Source: Candidatus Buchananbacteria bacterium (GTDB lineage: Bacteria > Patescibacteriota > Patescibacteriia > 2-01-FULL-39-33). Taken from it: DNA of 64,000 nucleotides. Within the stretch, counting starts at the first letter, position 1. Each line of letters begins with the position of its first letter. The translations under genes and the position numbers were made by a program. The DNA is taken from the NCBI GenBank assembly GCA_041665065.1, contig JBAYJM010000002.1, positions 19,796 through 83,795 of the forward strand. Direction: 5' to 3'. The notes under the pieces were generated by a model. It worked only from the letters and a program-made list of their open reading frames with translations, searched no databases and was not told the origin of the DNA. Positions 59,342 through 64,000 of this stretch are shown in pieces.

Positions 59342-59432
59342 GCAAAATGTAAATTCTGTCAAGGAAAATCTGTTAATGATCTTCATCAAATATTAATCAC
59401 GCAAATTAGGTAAAATTTTATCAAAAATAAGA

Positions 59433-59445
59433 GGCGCAAGACGCC
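59433..59445 (-). terminator. Intrinsic terminator hairpin (GGCGTCTTGCGCC + TCTTATTTTT) on the minus strand
   Basis: The left arm can instead pair with TCTTGCGCC at 59469-59477, giving two mutually exclusive structures. Confidence 0.45.
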
Positions 59446-59958
59446 CCCTAATAAATTATTATATGGGATCTTGCGCCTACGGACCCAGGGTCTGCCTTGA
59501 ATTTTGTCCTCTCGTTAGGGACGAAACCACAAGGAATTCAACGCTCTAGGTTTTTGGCGCTTTTTGGGCGAAAGCAAGTCATCTACTGAGCATTAGTCAT
59601 TCTATTGTCTAAATCCATTTTTCTCATAGAACAACTGAGCATTTCCTAATTAAGGGAGTAAGCCCATGGTCCAACCTTAGGAGTGGGAAAGCTTTGCTAA
59701 GTACATGACAGAGAACCGCTATTAATTATAAAACTCTACTCTTTTAATAACAGATCCCTTAGGAACTTGTATAAAGAACTACTTTATTGACTAACAATAC
59801 TATTATAACAGATTTTTAATAAGCTGGATAATTATTTATAATAGCTAAATTTATACACTATCTAGTAACCAATTTTTGATACGCACCACTTATCCACAAT
59901 TTATATTATTATCCACATAAGAGTTATTAACATGTTTTCCACTTTAATGTTAAATTAG

Positions 59959-61221
59959 CTACTTTAAATATATGGCATCATCAAAAATAACAAGTATGTC
60001 ATATAAAGACACATAAGGCGATAAAAATTGGTCATTAATGGATGTGGTCTTAGTAATTAGCAAATTGTCCCCTTTTATACTCATTGGGCTACCAATCACA
60101 TCAATATTATTTGCTATTATTGCCTTAGACCCGCTCACAACATAATAGATGGTGGCACTATTATCCGGAAACTCCAGATATTTTGTTGACGTACCTTGAA
60201 ATTCAAGATTATTTGGATCTACCCTTATTTCGACAACCCGTGAGCCATCACTTAACACAATTTCCTCATCAAATGGAAATAATTTAGAAATTGATTTTTT
60301 AAGATAAAATTCTAGCTGGTTAATCTGCTCCGACGTGAAATCTTCACTGTTTGTTAATTGCAAAAATATTTCGTATCTCTGCCACGGGGACGTAGATGTT
60401 GCCATTTCTTCACGATCTTTGACGCCAAATACATAATCCGAGCAAACAAATGTTTCATAATCCTCATTGCCAATAAGCTTTACCCAAATAGGAACAGCTA
60501 AATCGATATTTTCAGTGATTTTTTTATCACACAAGTCAGAATTTCCACTTTTTTTATAAATATAATCATAATCACCCAGAGAAATATTTTTTATATCATG
60601 ATCGGCTTCATTTCGGGAGAAAATTTTTAGATAATTATCATCAGCCAGACCACCAACAATACAATCACGTTCATCCTGGCACAGCGCAGACAACAGAGGA
60701 GAATTAAAGCTTGAAATAAAACCATGTGGCGCCAAAAAAAATAGATTATAACCCGATCTGTATTGACCTATTATTTTTGAAGAGAGCCTTTGCTGATTTA
60801 CTATCTTAATCGGTGACTTGGAAATAATATATTTCCCCTTTCCTATTTTATTAAAGCTAAATCCTGCGTCCTGAATTATTTTCTCAATGGACCTATCCTT
60901 AGCCTGGATAAATATCAGATTATCACTGGAAGAAATCTGACATACTGAAAAAATACCAGAATTGGCACTTTTATAAATGTCATAAAATCCAAGATCGGTT
61001 GATATCTTATCAGCTAATTTTTGGATTTTACCATCATCATTATTAATTCTCAAATAGTAATTACAATTAGCGGGCAAAAAACGCGTCTCGAGAGGAACGG
61101 CAAAAAAATAATTAACAAGAAGACAAATCAAAACAACAAAAACAGCTCCCAGAGCCAATCCGGTAAATAGCTGGATAGCAATAGGGAGCTGCCTAAGGTG
61201 TTTTAAAAATTCCAAAAACAT
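59959..61221 (-). CDS. Membrane-anchored hypothetical protein
   Basis: 420 aa with an N-terminal TM helix. Confidence 0.5.
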   Translation of the reverse strand: MFLEFLKHLRQLPIAIQLFTGLALGAVFVVLICLLVNYFFAVPLETRFLPANCNYYLRINNDDGKIQKLADKISTDLGFYDIYKSANSGIFSVCQISSSDNLIFIQAKDRSIEKIIQDAGFSFNKIGKGKYIISKSPIKIVNQQRLSSKIIGQYRSGYNLFFLAPHGFISSFNSPLLSALCQDERDCIVGGLADDNYLKIFSRNEADHDIKNISLGDYDYIYKKSGNSDLCDKKITENIDLAVPIWVKLIGNEDYETFVCSDYVFGVKDREEMATSTSPWQRYEIFLQLTNSEDFTSEQINQLEFYLKKSISKLFPFDEEIVLSDGSRVVEIRVDPNNLEFQGTSTKYLEFPDNSATIYYVVSGSKAIIANNIDVIGSPMSIKGDNLLITKTTSINDQFLSPYVSLYDILVIFDDAIYLK

Positions 61222-61249
61222 TTATTACAGTTTTTAAGAGTGCTTGATT

Positions 61250-63559
61250 TTATTTTCTGAAGAAACCATTTTTGTTATCACCGCGATGATTATCCGTATG
61301 TCTATCTCTTGGAGCAAAACCTCCCTGATCATGTCCAGAATTGTAATCCGGGTTAGCCCTTTTTACTGACAAGTTAATTCTACCCTTCTCATCGACTTCA
61401 ATTACTTTTACAGTCAGCTCATCACCTATCTTCGCTACATCAGAAATCCTATCAACTCGGCGATCGCTGAATTCAGAAATATGAACCATACCTTCTTTAT
61501 TTGGCAATACTTCAACAAAGGCGCCAAAATCCATTACTCTTGTAACTACGCCAGTGTATACCTCACCAACCTCAACATCTTTAACAATACCCTCAATCCA
61601 CTTAACTGCCTTTTCAACACCCTCTGGGCTAACACCAGTAACAGAGACCAGTCCGTCATCTTCAATGTCTATCAATACATCACAAGTGTCAATAATTTCA
61701 TTAATAATCTTTCCACCCGCCCCGATAACTTCTCTGATCTTTTCAGGATTTATCATGAAGCTCACTATCTTAGGAGCATATTTGGAAAGCTCAGCTCGAG
61801 GAGCGGAAATTTCTTTTTCAATTACCTCAAGTATTTGAAGCCTGGCTTCTTTAGCCTGCTTTAAAGTTTTTTCACAGATTTCCATAGACAAGCCCATTGT
61901 CTTGGTATCCATCTGGATAGCAGTAATTCCATCTTTGGTGCCAGTAACTTTAAAATCCATACCGCCTTCACCATCTTCCAAATCCTGCAAATCAGTCAAA
62001 ATTTTATAATTTGTACCATCCGAAGCCAAACCCATGGCAATGCCTGCAACTGGCTTTTTGATTGGTACGCCGGCATCCATAAGTGATAATGTTGAACCGC
62101 AAGTTGAGGCCATCGATGAAGAACCATTTGACCCCAACACCTCTGAGACAACCACTATAGTATAAGGAAACTCTTCCTTTGAAGGCAAGACTGGCATTAT
62201 GGCCTTTTCAGCCAAAGCGCCATGGCCAATTTCTCTTCTGCCGGCGCTTTTTATCGATCCGGTTTCTCCATAAGAAAACGGATAAGCATTATAATAATGA
62301 ATATAAGATTTTTTAGTGTCCGACTCAGTCATCTCGTCTAATATCTGAGCATCACCAGGAGCGCCAAGTGTTACAATGGAAAGCACCTGAGTTTCTCCGC
62401 GGCTAAAGACTGCACTGCCATGAGTTCTTGGCAGAATGCCAGCTTCAGCTGAGAGTGGCCTTATTTCATTTAACTTTCGGCCATCAATTCGTTGTTCTTT
62501 TTCCAAAATTGCCCTAGTGGCTTCTTCCTCAAGATAAATTTCAAAATTTTCCTCAACATAAGCAATAATTTCTTTGTGAGCTTCTTTTGATTTTAATTGA
62601 TCAATAAATTTTTCTAATAACTTTTTAGCAACAGCTTTTCTTTCTCTTTTGGTGCCTTTTGGCTGATTAAAAAGATATTTATCAAGTTCAGGGGCGAAAA
62701 ATTTTTTAGCTTCGGCAAAAACTGCTTTCTTTTCATCAATAGAAATTTCGCCTTCGCCATAAGATCCGGCAATCAATTCATCTTCATCTTGTTTTTCCAA
62801 ACCGATTTCTTTTCTAATATTTTCAATGAAATCCAAAAGCAGTTTTACTTTTTCCAAGCCGAATTTAAACGCTTCAGCCATTACTTCTTCAGGGATTTCC
62901 CGTCCTTCTGCATCAACCATCAATACCTTGCCATAGGTAGCTGAAAAAACCAGCTTCATATCAGACTGTAGAAGCTCTGATTCGGTTGGATTTAAAACGA
63001 ATTCTCCATTAATCCTGCCAACACAGACTCCGGCTAATGGACCATGCCAAGGAATATCGGAGATAGTTAACGCGAGAGCGCCGGCAGTTATTGCCAAAAT
63101 ATCCGCTGAATTTTCCCCGTCATAGGATAAAACGGTTGTGACCACCTGGACTTCATTTCTCATTTGCTGATTGAATAATGGTCTTATGCCACGATCAATC
63201 ATTCGGGAATCTAAAACGGCATTGTCAGTCGGTCTGCCATCCCTTTTAACAAATTTTGATCCCTTAATTTTTCCAGCGGCATACATTTTTTCCTGCATTT
63301 CAATGCTAAGCGGGAAAAAATCAATTCCCAATCTTGGCTCTTTGGCCATAACCGCGGTAGCAAGCACTACGGTATCGCCGTACCAAACCGTGCATGATGC
63401 ATTGGTCTGTCTGGCCAATTTACCGGTTTCAACCACTAATTTTCTGCCGGCAAATTCAGTCTCAAATCTCTGTTCCTTTAACATAATTTTCCTTTCTGTG
63501 GCCAGAGGATTTATTTGAATATAGCTCAGCTCTTGAGATAAAAGCGGAATTACTTTCAA
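61250..63559 (-). CDS. pnp: Polynucleotide phosphorylase
   Basis: Two RNase PH domains, a KH domain (GAGGKIINEI), an S1 domain, and a basic tail. Confidence 0.92.
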   Translation of the reverse strand: MKVIPLLSQELSYIQINPLATERKIMLKEQRFETEFAGRKLVVETGKLARQTNASCTVWYGDTVVLATAVMAKEPRLGIDFFPLSIEMQEKMYAAGKIKGSKFVKRDGRPTDNAVLDSRMIDRGIRPLFNQQMRNEVQVVTTVLSYDGENSADILAITAGALALTISDIPWHGPLAGVCVGRINGEFVLNPTESELLQSDMKLVFSATYGKVLMVDAEGREIPEEVMAEAFKFGLEKVKLLLDFIENIRKEIGLEKQDEDELIAGSYGEGEISIDEKKAVFAEAKKFFAPELDKYLFNQPKGTKRERKAVAKKLLEKFIDQLKSKEAHKEIIAYVEENFEIYLEEEATRAILEKEQRIDGRKLNEIRPLSAEAGILPRTHGSAVFSRGETQVLSIVTLGAPGDAQILDEMTESDTKKSYIHYYNAYPFSYGETGSIKSAGRREIGHGALAEKAIMPVLPSKEEFPYTIVVVSEVLGSNGSSSMASTCGSTLSLMDAGVPIKKPVAGIAMGLASDGTNYKILTDLQDLEDGEGGMDFKVTGTKDGITAIQMDTKTMGLSMEICEKTLKQAKEARLQILEVIEKEISAPRAELSKYAPKIVSFMINPEKIREVIGAGGKIINEIIDTCDVLIDIEDDGLVSVTGVSPEGVEKAVKWIEGIVKDVEVGEVYTGVVTRVMDFGAFVEVLPNKEGMVHISEFSDRRVDRISDVAKIGDELTVKVIEVDEKGRINLSVKRANPDYNSGHDQGGFAPRDRHTDNHRGDNKNGFFRK

Positions 63560-63670
63560 ATAAAAATTCCAGGGGCCAATTAATCTTTATTTATTTAATC
63601 TTAAGAACTATTCTATTGCGGCTGCCCCGCCTAACAGCAGGGCAGATTATTCTAAAAAAATTAAAGGGGA

Positions 63671-64000
63671 TTATTCCCCTTCAACTATTTCCTCGGCTTC
63701 AACAGGAATGTCCATTTCTTCCTCAAGCAGCTTTGGAGTATCATCAAATTTTTTAACAACTTTCAACTTTAACTTATTAACTAAATCAGTAAAGCTTTCA
63801 GCATTTTCTTTTTCTAAGTACTTCAGCAATTTTCTTCTTTCAGCAACTTTTCTGAGCAATCCTCTTCGTGAAGAAAAATCTTTCTTGTGAATCTTTAAAT
63901 GATCAGTTAAATTCTTTATTTCCTCTGTTAAGAGGGCTATCTGGACCTCTGCAGAACCAGTGTCCTTTTCATGTGTCGCAAACTTTTTTATGATTTGCGC
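63671..64000 (-). CDS. rpsO: 30S ribosomal protein S15 (5' end beyond the window)
   Basis: TGSAEVQIALLTEEIKNLTDHL...RRGLLRKVAERRKLLKYL. The frame continues to the window edge. An rpsO-pnp intergenic hairpin lies at 63622-63645. Confidence 0.8.
   Translation of the reverse strand, partial: AQIIKKFATHEKDTGSAEVQIALLTEEIKNLTDHLKIHKKDFSSRRGLLRKVAERRKLLKYLEKENAESFTDLVNKLKLKVVKKFDDTPKLLEEEMDIPVEAEEIVEGE

Noticed and set aside
59425-59960. Attempt to assign the non-coding gap to RNase P RNA, tmRNA, SRP RNA or 6S RNA.
   Set aside because: None of the conserved motifs recognisable by eye are present (P4 AGGAAAGTCCGG…, a tmRNA tRNA-like end, the SRP GGAA tetraloop context). I therefore left it as an unclassified candidate.
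61481-61864. 127-aa and 94-aa ORFs overlapping pnp.
   Set aside because: They are antisense or alternate-frame ORFs inside a highly conserved PNPase coding region.
1-64000. CRISPR arrays, IS elements or transposases, and integrases.
   Set aside because: No regularly spaced direct repeats, no terminal inverted repeats with target duplications, and no tyrosine/serine recombinase or transposase motifs were seen on either strand.

Overview
This is a low-GC (about 25-35%), compact, gene-dense bacterial segment whose gene content points to a Candidate Phyla Radiation / Patescibacteria-like genome (inference). The cues are five tandem VirB2/TrbC-like pilin paralogs, many small membrane proteins, a 1787-aa giant membrane protein, weak or absent Shine-Dalgarno sites, and a reduced but recognisable housekeeping set. 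Recognisable genes include recQ, ruvB, queA, pnp, rpsO (cut by the window edge), rplS, lspA, cspA-like, a DksA/TraR zinc finger, an EndoQ-like PHP nuclease, an ECF sigma/anti-sigma pair, a PAS histidine kinase and a separate OmpR-type response regulator. There are seven tRNA or tRNA-like genes and a cell-envelope glycan cluster (Wzx flippase, O-antigen-ligase-like protein, a clan GH-A hydrolase, a glycosyltransferase).

Several features stand out.
- Short, sharply bounded GC-rich blocks (50-62% GC) sit inside AT-rich DNA. One is a 453-aa Pro/Thr-rich membrane protein expressed from a perfect consensus sigma70 promoter and closed by a 16-bp-stem terminator.
- The pilin array sits next to an ABC substrate-binding lipoprotein gene whose upstream region carries triple direct repeats.
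- The giant protein carries DHH-phosphoesterase-like motifs at its C-terminus.
- A 1066-aa protein has an Mrr-like N-terminal domain.
- A tRNA-flanked islet contains a degenerate tRNA-like gene and a truncated XRE repressor abutting tRNA-Ser.
- A copy of the tRNA-Gly 3' end is repeated ~180 nt downstream, bracketing an unexplained GC-rich structured element.
- One gene is interrupted by an in-frame TAA.
- A five-gene patatin/C39-peptidase operon is present.
- A ~700-nt non-coding gap contains an internal terminator.

All calls rest on reading motifs in the supplied translations; no database search was possible.
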